Made by a program: the position numbers and the translations under genes. A stretch of 63,981 nucleotides of DNA, filler included. It is 4 parts of 4 records of this genome, joined end to end, with 100 filler letters (N's around TTAATTAATTAA, not from the genome) between each part and the next. Parts side by side here need not be neighbours in the genome. Positions count along the whole stretch, not along the records: positions 17,650 to 48,634 come from SRR20825019_2870; 3 more parts are not named here. The stretch is one strand, 5' to 3'. The notes beneath the pieces were generated by a model that was given only the letters and a program-made list of their open reading frames with translations, had not been told where the DNA came from and searched no databases. Positions 31,838-41,645 of the stretch are shown here, piece after piece; within the stretch, counting starts at the first letter, position 1, and each line of letters opens with the position of its first letter.

Positions 31838-32305
31838 TCAGTCCGAAGCCGGATCGGCAGAATGCGTGCGTGCGAACAGGCGCACGTATGTCAGGGCAGT
31901 GGCGCGCGACAGGCAGCGTTCCTTTTGCAGCGCGATCTGCGGGCCGTCGAGGTCCGAGGCCGCCTTGGCCAGGGCCTCGATCCGGTCGCATTGCACCATG
32001 CCGCCGATCACGTCGTATTTGGCCTCGATCCGGGCGACGGTGGCGGCGGTGTCCTCGGGCAGCGATTTCACGCGTTTGCCGATGGCCGCCCCCCATTGCG
32101 CACGGGTTTCCGCAAAGCAGACGGTGCTGACCGCAGGTGTTTCGGGCGCGCTGTCCATGCAGGCGGCATCCGATGGCTCGACGCAAAGCGTGGGGTCGGT
32201 GCCATCCTTGAGCGCTGTGGCAAGGCAGGCCTCGGCGCCCGCAACCTGTGCCGCGACAGGGCTGCACAATGCGGCAAGCATCGTGGTACATATCATTACT
32301 CTCAT
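31838..32305 (-). CDS. hypothetical secreted Cys-containing protein
   Basis: Signal-peptide-like MRVMICTTMLAALCSPVAAQ; six Cys in the mature part; high-GC3 codon usage. Confidence 0.6.
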   Translation of the reverse strand: MRVMICTTMLAALCSPVAAQVAGAEACLATALKDGTDPTLCVEPSDAACMDSAPETPAVSTVCFAETRAQWGAAIGKRVKSLPEDTAATVARIEAKYDVIGGMVQCDRIEALAKAASDLDGPQIALQKERCLSRATALTYVRLFARTHSADPASD

Positions 32306-32338
32306 CGGGGGGCCCTTGCTGCGTATTCTTCTTGCAAA

Positions 32339-32348
32339 TGGTATACCA
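32339..32348. promoter_or_regulatory. palindromic operator TGGTATACCA
   Basis: Lies upstream of the SDR-ltnD-otnK-otnC-uxaA-otnI run. Confidence 0.75.
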
Positions 32349-32393
32349 AGTTGCCAGTTTGCGGCAAGCACTGAGCACATCGGGAGAGTGAAT

Positions 32394-33125
32394 ATGCCAT
32401 CCATCATCATCACCGGCGCCGGCAGCGGCGTGGGACGCGCCACGGCCAAGGCTTTTATCGACGCAGGCTGGGACGTGGGGCTGGTCGGGCGGCGCGCGGC
32501 GGCGCTGGAAGAGACCGCAGGTGACAGCGGCGCGCTGGTGCTGCCCTGCGACGTGACGGATGAGGATGCGGTCGACGCGGCCTTTGGGAAGGCGGTGCAG
32601 GCCTTGGGGCGGCTGGACGCGCTGTTCAATAACGCGGGCATGTCGCTGGGCGGTGCGCCGCTGGACGAGCTGAAGGTGGCGGACATTCGCAACCTGCTGG
32701 ACGTGAACATCATGGGCGCCTTCATCGCGGCGCGTGCCGCTTTTGGCCTGATGCGTAAACAGGACCCGCAAGGCGGGCGCATCATCAACAACGGCTCGGT
32801 CAGCGCCTATGTGCCGCGCTGGGGCTCGGCGCCCTATACGGCGTCGAAACATGCGGTGACGGGCCTGACGCGGACCATTTCGCTGGACGGGCGGGCGTTC
32901 AACATTGCCTGCGGGCAGATCGACATCGGCAACGCGCTGACCGACATGGCCGCGAAGATGACCAAGGGCGTGCCGCAGGCCGACGGATCGAACGCGATCG
33001 AGCCGGTGATGGATGTGAGCAACGTGGCGTCCTCGGTGCTGCATATGGCCAGCCTGCCGCTGGATGCGAACGTGCAGTTCATGACGGTGATGGCGACGAA
33101 CATGCCCTATATCGGGCGCGGCTGA
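32394..33125 (+). CDS. short-chain dehydrogenase/reductase
   Basis: TGAGSGVG, NNAG, YTASKH and GQIDIGNA. Confidence 0.88.
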   Translation: MPSIIITGAGSGVGRATAKAFIDAGWDVGLVGRRAAALEETAGDSGALVLPCDVTDEDAVDAAFGKAVQALGRLDALFNNAGMSLGGAPLDELKVADIRNLLDVNIMGAFIAARAAFGLMRKQDPQGGRIINNGSVSAYVPRWGSAPYTASKHAVTGLTRTISLDGRAFNIACGQIDIGNALTDMAAKMTKGVPQADGSNAIEPVMDVSNVASSVLHMASLPLDANVQFMTVMATNMPYIGRG

Positions 33126-33187
33126 TCCCAAGGGGCCGCATGTGTCGGCGGCGGCCCCCAATGTGAAATCGAATAGGGAGGTGTCGG

Positions 33188-34087
33188 ATGACACAAGGGA
33201 CAGTGGCCATTTTCGGGCTGGGCGCGATGGGCAGCGGCATGGCGGGGGCGCTGCTGCGCGCCGGTCTGGTGACGCACGGGTTTGATGTGAACGCCGACGC
33301 TGTGGCGCGGTTTCGCGCGGCGGGTGGGGCGGATGGCACGCTGGAAGAGGTGGCCGACACGCTGGACGCGGTTGTGGTTGCCGTGGTGAATGCGGCGCAG
33401 ACCGAGGACGTGTTGTTCGGGGCCAATGGCATCGCGGGCAAGCTGGCCAAGGGCACCGTTGTGGTGGCCTGCGCCACGGTGCCCCCGGAGTTTGCGCGGG
33501 ACATGGCGGCGCGCTGTGCAGCACTGGGGCTGGAATATCTGGATGCGCCGGTGTCCGGTGGCACGATCCGTGCTGCAGAGGGAACCCTGTCCATTCTGGC
33601 ATCGGGATCTGCTGCGGCCTTTGACCGGGCGCGGCCTGCGCTCGAGGCGATGGCCGAGCGGGTGTTCGAACTGGGCAATACAGTCGGCGCGGGGTCGTCG
33701 ATGAAGGCGGTGAACCAGATGCTGGTGGGCATTCACATCGCCGCCATGGCCGAGGCGATGACATTCGGCATGACCCAAGGGATTGATCCCGATCAGTTTC
33801 TTGAGGTGATCTCGCAATGTGCGGGCACGTCCTGGGCGCTGGAAAGCCGCGGGCCGCATGTGCGCGACGGGGATTACACACCGTTGAGTGCGGTGGACAT
33901 CTGGCCCAAGGATCTTGGCATTGTCATGGACATTGCCAAATCGGCCAAGTTCGGCGCGCCGATCACGGCGGCGGCCTTGCAACAGTGGCTGGCGGCGTCA
34001 GGCTCGGGTCTGGGCCGCGAGGATGACGCGGCGGTGGCCAAGGTTTACGCCCGCAACGCCGGGATCACCCTGCCGGGGGACGCATGA
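33188..34087 (+). CDS. ltnD: L-threonate dehydrogenase
   Basis: GLGAMG, DAPVSGG, SAVDIWPKDLGIV and EDDAAVAKVY; coupled to otnK. Confidence 0.88.
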   Translation: MTQGTVAIFGLGAMGSGMAGALLRAGLVTHGFDVNADAVARFRAAGGADGTLEEVADTLDAVVVAVVNAAQTEDVLFGANGIAGKLAKGTVVVACATVPPEFARDMAARCAALGLEYLDAPVSGGTIRAAEGTLSILASGSAAAFDRARPALEAMAERVFELGNTVGAGSSMKAVNQMLVGIHIAAMAEAMTFGMTQGIDPDQFLEVISQCAGTSWALESRGPHVRDGDYTPLSAVDIWPKDLGIVMDIAKSAKFGAPITAAALQQWLAASGSGLGREDDAAVAKVYARNAGITLPGDA

Positions 34088-35331
34088 GCACGATACTGGG
34101 CGCGATTGCCGACGATTTCACCGGGGCCACCGATCTGGCCGGATTGCTGGCGCGCAGCGGGGCGCGGGTGTCTTTGCGCATCGGGGTGCCCGAGGGGCCG
34201 GTAGAGGATGCCGCGCCGTTCGAGGTGATCGCGCTGAAAATCCGCACGGCCCCTGTGGCTGACGCTGTGGCGCAGGCGCGCGCGGCGCAGGCGTGGCTGG
34301 CGCAGGCAGGGGCAAAGCGGTTTTTCTGGAAGTATTGCTCGACCTTTGACAGCACGGCGCAGGGCAACATCGGCCCCGTGGCCGAGGCGTTGATGGAGGC
34401 GACAGGGGCGCGGCAGACGATCTATTGCCCGGCGTTCCCTGAAAACGGGCGCACGATCTTCATGGGCAATCTGTTCGTGGGGCAGGTGCCTCTGGGCGAG
34501 AGCCCGATGAAGGACCACCCGCTGACGCCCATGCGCGACAGCAATCTGATGCGGCTTCTGGCCCCACAGGTGACGCGGGATGTCGGGCTGATCGACCGTT
34601 TGACGGTGGCGCGCGGGGCCGACGCGCTGCGCGATGCCTTGGCGCGGAGCGCGCCGCATGTGGTGGTGGATGCGGTGGCCGACAGCGATTTGTATGTGAT
34701 CGCCGAGGCCTGTCGCGATGCGGTTCTGATGACCGGTGGCAGTGCGGTGGCGATGCCGCTGCCCGATCTCTACCGCGCGGTGGGGCTGTTGCAGGACGGC
34801 GATGCGACGGCAGCGTGGCGCGCGGCGGATGGGCCTGCGCTGGTGCTGTCCGGATCGTGCTCGGCCATGACACAGGCGCAGGTGTCGCGTTATGCGGCTG
34901 CCAACCCCAGCTATCAGTTGGACCCGCTGGCGCTGGTGCAGGATGGTGTGCAGCCGGTGCTGGACTGGCTGGCGGCGCAATCGGGCGCGCCGATGATTTA
35001 CGCCACGGCGGCCCCCGAGTTGGTGCGCGCCGCACAGGACAAGCTGGGCCGTGACAAGGCCGGCGCGGTGGTCGAGGATGCGCTGGGACAGATCGCCATC
35101 GCCGCGCGCGACACAGGCACGCGGCGGTTCGTGGTGGCGGGCGGCGAAAGCTCGGGTGCCGTGACACAGGCGCTGGGCGTCACGCGGCTGGACATCGGCC
35201 CCGAGATTGCCCCCGGCGTGCCATGGTGCGCGGCCAGCAGCGACGGCAACGGCATCGCGCTGGCGCTGAAGTCGGGGAATTTCGGCACGGAAGATTTCTT
35301 TGCCACCGCTTTGGAAAGGCTGCAGCGATGA
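34084..35331 (+). CDS. otnK: 3-oxo-tetronate kinase
   Basis: IADDFTGATD, WKYCSTFDST, AGGESSG and LKSGNFG. Confidence 0.9.
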   Translation: MSTILGAIADDFTGATDLAGLLARSGARVSLRIGVPEGPVEDAAPFEVIALKIRTAPVADAVAQARAAQAWLAQAGAKRFFWKYCSTFDSTAQGNIGPVAEALMEATGARQTIYCPAFPENGRTIFMGNLFVGQVPLGESPMKDHPLTPMRDSNLMRLLAPQVTRDVGLIDRLTVARGADALRDALARSAPHVVVDAVADSDLYVIAEACRDAVLMTGGSAVAMPLPDLYRAVGLLQDGDATAAWRAADGPALVLSGSCSAMTQAQVSRYAAANPSYQLDPLALVQDGVQPVLDWLAAQSGAPMIYATAAPELVRAAQDKLGRDKAGAVVEDALGQIAIAARDTGTRRFVVAGGESSGAVTQALGVTRLDIGPEIAPGVPWCAASSDGNGIALALKSGNFGTEDFFATALERLQR

Positions 35332-35975
35332 GTGCCGACGCGGACCTGCGCGAACTGGTCTGTACGCTTGCGAAATCCCTTTATGATCGGGGTCTTACAG
35401 GGGGATCTTCGGGCAACATCTCAGCTCGGACCGAAGATGGCGGGCTGTTGGTGACGCCGACGGGGTCCAGCTTTGGCCGCCTGGATCCGGCGCGGTTGTC
35501 GCTGTTCGACAGCACCGGCGCCCATGTGGGCGGGGATAAGCCGACCAAGGAAATGCCGCTGCATTCGGCGTTCTACGAGACACGCAGCACGGCAGGCGCG
35601 GTGGTGCATCTGCATTCGTGTCACGCGGTGGCGCTGTCGATGCTGGAGGGCGTGGACCCCGACAATTTCCTGCCGCCGCTGACGCCCTATGCAATCATGA
35701 AACTGGGCAAGGTCAAGCTGTTGCCCGTGTTCCTGCCCGGCGATCCGGCGATGGGCGACGCGGTGCGCGGGCTGGCGGGGAAACGGTCGGCGGTGATGCT
35801 GGCCAACCACGGGCCGGTGGTGGCGGGCAAGGACGTCGAAGCCGCCTGTTACGCTATCGAGGAACTGGAAGACACCGCGCGGCTGGCGCTGCTGACCCAC
35901 GGGTTGCCGCGCCGCCCGTTGAGTGATGCGCAAATCAATGACATCGTCACACGCTTTGACGTGGACTGGGAGTGA
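35328..35975 (+). CDS. otnC: 3-oxo-tetronate 4-phosphate decarboxylase (class II aldolase family)
   Basis: GSSGNIS, KPTKEMPLH, VVHLHS, LANHGP and EELE. Confidence 0.88.
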   Translation: MSADADLRELVCTLAKSLYDRGLTGGSSGNISARTEDGGLLVTPTGSSFGRLDPARLSLFDSTGAHVGGDKPTKEMPLHSAFYETRSTAGAVVHLHSCHAVALSMLEGVDPDNFLPPLTPYAIMKLGKVKLLPVFLPGDPAMGDAVRGLAGKRSAVMLANHGPVVAGKDVEAACYAIEELEDTARLALLTHGLPRRPLSDAQINDIVTRFDVDWE

Positions 35976-35979
35976 GACC

Positions 35980-37470
35980 ATGAAGACTGTTCGACTGTCT
36001 GCCGACGACAATGTCGTCACCGCCACCCAGCCGCTGCAAGTGGGCGACGCGGGGGCCACGATGCTGATCCCGCGCGGCCACAAGATGGCGGCGCAGCCCA
36101 TCGCCAAGGGGCAAGCGGTGCGAAAATACGCCAACCTGATCGGCTATGCCGCCGAAGACATTGCCCAAGGCGCGCATGTGCACACGCACAATCTGGAGTT
36201 TCGCGCCGTCGATACCGACTATGAGTTCGGCACCAACTTGCGCCCCGTGGCCCCCGCGATTACGCAAAACACGTTTCAGGGCTATCACCGCGCCAATGGC
36301 CGTGTCGGCACGCGCAACTATATCGCGGTGCTGACGTCGGTGAACTGCTCGGCCACGGCGGCACGCCAGATCGCGGCGCATTTCACGCCGGACAAGCTTG
36401 CGGAGTATCCCAATGTCGACGGCGTCGTGGCCTTTGTCCACGGCACCGGCTGCGCGATGGGCGGCGATGGCACGGGCTTCGAGGTGTTGCAGCGCACGCT
36501 GTGGGGCTATGCGCGCAATCCCAACGTGGGCGGGGTGCTGCTGGCGGGGCTGGGCTGCGAGATGATGCAGATCGACTGGCTGGTCGAGGCCTATGGCCTG
36601 ACGCCGGGGCCGCTGTTCCAGACGATGAACATTCAGGACGTGGGGGGCCTGCGCCGCTGTGTCGAGCTGGGGGTCAGCAAGATCACCGCGATGCTGCCCG
36701 AGGTGAACAAGGCGACCCGCGAAACCGCGCCTGCGTCGGAACTGATGGTGGCGCTGCAATGTGGCGGGTCGGACGCGTGGTCGGGGGTCACGGCGAACCC
36801 GGCTGTCGGCCATGCCTGCGATCTGGTGGTGGCGCAGGGCGGCACCGGCGTGCTGGCCGAAACCCCCGAGGTTTACGGCGCCGAACACCTGCTGACCGCG
36901 CGCGCGCATGACCGCGTCACAGGCGACAAGCTGATCGACCTGATCCACTGGTGGGAGGATTACACAGCCCGCAACCGTGGCTCGATGGACAACAACCCCA
37001 GCCCCGGCAACAAGGCGGGCGGGTTGACCACCATCCTTGAAAAATCGCTGGGGGCGGTGGCCAAGGGCGGGACCTCCCCGTTGATGGGCGTCTATAAATA
37101 CGCCGAACCCGTGACGGCACGCGGGTTCACGTTCATGGACAGCCCCGGATACGACCCCGCGTCGGTCACCGGCCAGATCGCCAGCGGCTGCACGCTGGTG
37201 TGTTTCACGACAGGGCGCGGCTCGGCCTTTGGCGCGAAGCCGTCGCCGTCGATGAAGGTGGCGACCAACACCGAAATGTACACCCGCCTGCACGAGGACA
37301 TGGACGTGAACGCCGGCACCATCCTGTCCGAAGGCCGCAGCGTCGAAGAGGTGGGGCGCGAGATTTACGAAATGTGGCTGCGCATGGCCTCGGGCGAGGC
37401 CAGCAAGTCCGAGGCGCAGGGGCTGGGCGATTATGAATTCGTGCCCTGGCAGATCGGGGCGGTGATGTGA
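35980..37470 (+). CDS. UxaA/GarD-family (SAF + dehydratase) protein
   Basis: DNV, GHK, HTHN, VGTRN, QCGGSD, NPSPGNKAGGLTTILEKSLG and FTTGRG. Confidence 0.9.
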   Translation: MKTVRLSADDNVVTATQPLQVGDAGATMLIPRGHKMAAQPIAKGQAVRKYANLIGYAAEDIAQGAHVHTHNLEFRAVDTDYEFGTNLRPVAPAITQNTFQGYHRANGRVGTRNYIAVLTSVNCSATAARQIAAHFTPDKLAEYPNVDGVVAFVHGTGCAMGGDGTGFEVLQRTLWGYARNPNVGGVLLAGLGCEMMQIDWLVEAYGLTPGPLFQTMNIQDVGGLRRCVELGVSKITAMLPEVNKATRETAPASELMVALQCGGSDAWSGVTANPAVGHACDLVVAQGGTGVLAETPEVYGAEHLLTARAHDRVTGDKLIDLIHWWEDYTARNRGSMDNNPSPGNKAGGLTTILEKSLGAVAKGGTSPLMGVYKYAEPVTARGFTFMDSPGYDPASVTGQIASGCTLVCFTTGRGSAFGAKPSPSMKVATNTEMYTRLHEDMDVNAGTILSEGRSVEEVGREIYEMWLRMASGEASKSEAQGLGDYEFVPWQIGAVM

Positions 37471-38207
37471 TGCGGTTTTCGGCAAACCTGGGGTTTCTGT
37501 GGACCGAACTGACGCTGCCCGATGCGATCCGCGCGGCGGCGTCTGCGGGGTTTCAGGCGGTGGAATGCCATTGGCCCTATGACGTGCCTGCGGATGACGT
37601 GGCGGTGGCGCTGCGCGAGACGGGGCTGCCGATGCTGGGCCTGAACACGCGGCGCGGGGCGGCGGGCGAAAACGGGTTGTCCGCGCTGCCCGGTCGCGGC
37701 GCAGATGCCCGCGCGGCGGTGGACGAGGCGCTGGCCTATGCTGCCGCGACCGACACGGGCGCCGTGCATGTGATGGCAGGCTTTGCCGAAGGTCCGGCGG
37801 CCCATGCGGCCTTTGTCGAGACCCTGCGCTATGCCTGCGACAGGGCGGACGGGCGCACGATCCTGATCGAGCCGCTGAACCATTACGACGCGCCGGGGTA
37901 CTTCCTGCGCACCACCACGCAGGCCGAGGCGATTTTGGCCGAAGTGGGCGCCGCGAACCTGAAGCTGATGTTCGATTGCTACCATGTGCAACTGATGGAG
38001 GGCGACGTGACCCACCGGCTGGAACGGCTGCTGGGGCTGATCGGGCACGTGCAGGTGGCCTCGGTCCCCGACCGCGGTGCGCCGGATCATGGGGAGCTGA
38101 ATTATCCCCATGTCTGGGAGGTGCTGGCGCGGCTGGGCTGGGATACGCCCGTTGGGGCGGAGTATCGGCCCGTTGGGCCGACGGAGGCGACGTTGGGGTG
38201 GATGTGA
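37470..38207 (+). CDS. otnI: hydroxypyruvate isomerase family (2-oxo-tetronate isomerase OtnI-like)
   Basis: RFSANLGFLW, LIEPLN, MFDCYHVQ, GHVQ and GAEY. Confidence 0.75.
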   Translation: MRFSANLGFLWTELTLPDAIRAAASAGFQAVECHWPYDVPADDVAVALRETGLPMLGLNTRRGAAGENGLSALPGRGADARAAVDEALAYAAATDTGAVHVMAGFAEGPAAHAAFVETLRYACDRADGRTILIEPLNHYDAPGYFLRTTTQAEAILAEVGAANLKLMFDCYHVQLMEGDVTHRLERLLGLIGHVQVASVPDRGAPDHGELNYPHVWEVLARLGWDTPVGAEYRPVGPTEATLGWM

Positions 38208-38251
38208 GGGGGCGGCCATCGGCCTCTTGTGAGATCAAGGCTGAAGGCCGC

Positions 38252-39592
38252 TTACCCCTCCAGAAACGCCACCTGAGCCGCGCGCATCTCGAAGATGTCC
38301 TGATCGTCCGTGATCTCCACATCATCCAGACACACGATCTGATCGCGTTTGATCGGGCGTTTCAGCCGGATATGATGCGCCAACCCGATGGGCAGGGCGT
38401 TCAGGCGGTGGGACTGGCTGGCGGGGATCGCCTTGGCCCAGACCTTGAAGCCGCCTTCGCCGTCCAAATAGTCACCTGCCTCAAAGTCGCCCTTGGAGGT
38501 GGCCACCGCGTCGCCGCGCCAGCGGGTGGATGACCCCGTTGCCTCGCCGCGCAGGCAGGCGTTCAGAACCGATACGGAAGTTTCCAGCCCGATCAGATGG
38601 AAGGGACGCCACATCGACCCGTACCAGCCCGTCGGATCGGTCAACAGGCCGTATTGCTGAAAGCAGGCGCGGGTGTATTCATCGGGGGCGCGGAAGGTGA
38701 CGAACATGCCGTACTGGATGTTGTTCAGCACCACGCGCCCGTCCGGTTCACGGCTGGAGGCGATGTCGACCAGACCGGCCCGCGCCAGCCTGCCGCCTTC
38801 GCTTTCAGGGCGAAAGACTGTGGCCAGATCGTGCAGCCCGGCGGGGTGAAAGGCCAAACCATCCTCGGGGCAGTCCAGACCTGTGGCATTGGCGACGGCG
38901 GCCATTTCGATGGCAGCCTTTGTGCCGTCGGTGAACGAATTGTACATCTTGGGATTAAAGTCGCCTGCCGCGACTTCTTCCTCGCTCCAGCCGAAGTAAC
39001 CCCAGACCGTGTCGGGGGTGGAATAGCGGTAGGGCGGGGCAAAGTTCATGCCCTTGCCCGCGGCGCACAGTTCGAACCCGCAGGCGTGGACCCAATCCAC
39101 CAGTTCGCAGATCGCAGCCGGCTGATCGCCGTAGGCCATGGAGTAAACCACGCCCTGTTGCGCGGCGCGGTTGGCCAGAACGGCACCACACAGGACGTCG
39201 GCCTCGACATTGACCATGATCACGTGCTTGCCCGCGTCGATGGCGGCCAGCGCGTGACGGGTGCCGGCAAGCGGGTGGCCTGTGGCCTCGATGATGCATT
39301 CGATGTCGTCGCAGGCCAGCAGGTCGGCCACGTCGTCGGTGATGCAGGTGGTGCCGGTCTGGACCGCCTGCGCCATGGTGGGCGCGGCATATTGCGTGTT
39401 ATCCCAGCCTGTGCGTTTGAACGATCCGCGCGCCTTGTCCACGTCCAGATCGGCGACGCCGACAATGTGGTAGCCTTCGATGAACCGCGCCTGCGCCAGG
39501 ATCATCGAGCCGAACTTGCCCGCTCCGATCAGGCCGACACGCACGGGGCGGCCCGCGTCGTGGCGGGCGGCGAGAAGGGATTTGAGGTTCAT
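38252..39592 (-). CDS. NAD(P)-dependent oxidoreductase, homoserine-dehydrogenase-like with C-terminal SAF domain
   Basis: GLIGAGKFG, VNVEAD, GDQP, SFTDGTK, RPFHLIGLE and LDGEGG..LPIGL. Confidence 0.85.
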   Translation of the reverse strand: MNLKSLLAARHDAGRPVRVGLIGAGKFGSMILAQARFIEGYHIVGVADLDVDKARGSFKRTGWDNTQYAAPTMAQAVQTGTTCITDDVADLLACDDIECIIEATGHPLAGTRHALAAIDAGKHVIMVNVEADVLCGAVLANRAAQQGVVYSMAYGDQPAAICELVDWVHACGFELCAAGKGMNFAPPYRYSTPDTVWGYFGWSEEEVAAGDFNPKMYNSFTDGTKAAIEMAAVANATGLDCPEDGLAFHPAGLHDLATVFRPESEGGRLARAGLVDIASSREPDGRVVLNNIQYGMFVTFRAPDEYTRACFQQYGLLTDPTGWYGSMWRPFHLIGLETSVSVLNACLRGEATGSSTRWRGDAVATSKGDFEAGDYLDGEGGFKVWAKAIPASQSHRLNALPIGLAHHIRLKRPIKRDQIVCLDDVEITDDQDIFEMRAAQVAFLEG

Positions 39593-39660
39593 GGGCGTGC
39601 GTCCTTTCGTGCTGTTTGCGCCGACGCTAGCACGGGGGGCAGGACACAACATTGAAGCTG

Positions 39661-39681
39661 TTCTTATGATATAGTTAAGAA
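39661..39681. promoter_or_regulatory. AT-rich dyad TTCTTA-N9-TAAGAA in a divergent promoter
   Basis: Inverted repeat within a conspicuous AT-rich patch between the SAF oxidoreductase and the transketolase genes. Confidence 0.45.
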
Positions 39682-39746
39682 TAATTAATTGTTTGAGGTC
39701 CCCGCATGATGCCATCTGATCCCGGACCAAGGGGGAGGACAAAGCC

Positions 39747-40598
39747 ATGACCACGGGCACGGGCAAACACGGATCGAACGTCAGCCTGGCGCGGCGGGCC
39801 TGGGCGATCCGGCGCAATGCGCTGCGCATGGGCGAGGTGCAGGGACAGGGGTACATCGGTCAGGCTCTGGGCGTGGCGGATGTGCTGGCGGTGTCCTATT
39901 TCCACGCGCTGACCTACCGCGCGGACGATCCCGAATGGGAGGGCCGCGACCGGTTCCTGTTGTCGATCGGGCATTATGCCATCGCGCTTTATGCGGCGAT
40001 GATCGAGGCAGGTATATTGCCCGAGGACGAACTGGAAACCTATGGCATGGACGACAGCCGGATGCCGATGTCGGGCATGGCCGCCTATACGCCCGGCATG
40101 GAGATCACCGGCGGTTCGCTGGGCCATGGGCTGGGCATTGCGGTCGGCATGGCGCTGGGGCTGAAACGCAAGAAGAACCCCGCATTCATCTACAACATGC
40201 TGTCCGATGGCGAGTTGGGCGAAGGGTCGACATGGGAGGCGGTGATGTCGGCGGTGCAGTGGAAACTGGACAATCTGATAGCCATTGTCGATTTCAACAA
40301 CCAGCAGGCGGATGGGCCCACGCGCGACGCGCTGGCTCAGGTACCCGAGGCGGCCAAGTGGCAGGCTTTCGGCTGGCATGCGCAAGAGGTGGACGGCAAC
40401 GATCTGGACGCGGTCGTCGCGGCCTTTGACGCGGCACGCAGCCACGACGGCGCGCAGCCGCGTGTGATCATCTGCAACACCACCATGTGCAAGGGCATTC
40501 CGTTTCTGGAACGTCGCGAGATCACCCATTTCGTGCGGGTTGAGCCCGAGGAATGGGCCAAGGCGCTGGAGATACTGGACGGGGAGATGCCACAATGA
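39747..40598 (+). CDS. transketolase, N-terminal (TPP-binding) subunit
   Basis: RDRFLLSIGH, GSLGHG and SDGELGEG...N TPP motif. Confidence 0.9.
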   Translation: MTTGTGKHGSNVSLARRAWAIRRNALRMGEVQGQGYIGQALGVADVLAVSYFHALTYRADDPEWEGRDRFLLSIGHYAIALYAAMIEAGILPEDELETYGMDDSRMPMSGMAAYTPGMEITGGSLGHGLGIAVGMALGLKRKKNPAFIYNMLSDGELGEGSTWEAVMSAVQWKLDNLIAIVDFNNQQADGPTRDALAQVPEAAKWQAFGWHAQEVDGNDLDAVVAAFDAARSHDGAQPRVIICNTTMCKGIPFLERREITHFVRVEPEEWAKALEILDGEMPQ

Positions 40599-41632
40599 AA
40601 CCGCAGGAACTGTCCCGCCGCCAGTCGAAATACACCGCCCGCAGCGTGCCACAGGGCGAACGGGTGGCCACATCGGCGATGATCGCCTCGCTGGACGCCG
40701 AAGGGCGCGACACCATTGCGGCCCCGTTCGGGCACGCGCTGGTGGACATCGCCAAAACCCGAGAGGATATTGTCGGGCTGACGGCGGATCTGTCGAAATA
40801 CACCGATCTGCATGTCTTTGCCAAAGCCTACCCCGACCGGTTCTACCAGATGGGCATGGCCGAGGCGGTGATGATCAGCGCCGCCGCCGGTCTTGCGCGC
40901 GAGGGGTTCACCCCCTTTGCCACCACTTACGCGGTGTTCGCGTCACGGCGGGCCTATGATTTCATCATCATGGCGATTGCCGAGGAAAACCTGCCGGTCA
41001 AGATCGTCTGCGCGCTGCCCGGTCTGACCACCGGCTATGGTCCCAGCCATCAGGCAACCGAGGATCTGGCGATCATGCGGGGCATGCCGAACCTGACGAT
41101 CATCGACCCTTGTGACGCGGTCGAGATTGATCAGGCGACGCGCGCCATCGCGGATACGCCGGGGCCGGTCTATATGCGGCTGCTGCGCGGGCAGGTGCCG
41201 AATGTGCTGGGCGAATACGGCTATCAATTCAAACTGGGCCGCGCGCAGATGATCCGCGACGGGCGCGATGTTTTGTTCGTGTCCTCGGGGCTGATGACCA
41301 TGCGCACGCTGGACGCGGCCAAGGCGCTGCAAAAGGACGGCGTGGATTGCGCGGTGCTGCACGTGCCGACGATCAAACCGCTGGATGCGGACACGATTGT
41401 TGCCGAGGCGTCCAAGGGTGGGCGGTTGGTGGTGACGGCCGAAAACCACTCGGTCACGGGGGCACTGGGCGAGGCGGTGGCTGCCACGCTGATGCGGGCT
41501 GGCGTGCATGTGCCGTTCCGCCAGATCGGCTTGCCCGATGCGTTTCTGGACGCGGGGGCGCTGCCGACGCTGCACGATCAATACGGGATTTCGGTCAGCG
41601 CAGTCACGGCTGCGGTGAAATCATGGCTGTAA
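40595..41632 (+). CDS. transketolase, C-terminal subunit
   Basis: ADL, GMAE, GPSHQATED, GPVYMR, TIKPLD and ENH; ATGA coupling. Confidence 0.9.
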   Translation: MKPQELSRRQSKYTARSVPQGERVATSAMIASLDAEGRDTIAAPFGHALVDIAKTREDIVGLTADLSKYTDLHVFAKAYPDRFYQMGMAEAVMISAAAGLAREGFTPFATTYAVFASRRAYDFIIMAIAEENLPVKIVCALPGLTTGYGPSHQATEDLAIMRGMPNLTIIDPCDAVEIDQATRAIADTPGPVYMRLLRGQVPNVLGEYGYQFKLGRAQMIRDGRDVLFVSSGLMTMRTLDAAKALQKDGVDCAVLHVPTIKPLDADTIVAEASKGGRLVVTAENHSVTGALGEAVAATLMRAGVHVPFRQIGLPDAFLDAGALPTLHDQYGISVSAVTAAVKSWL

Positions 41633-41645
41633 GGGGGAACGGGCG

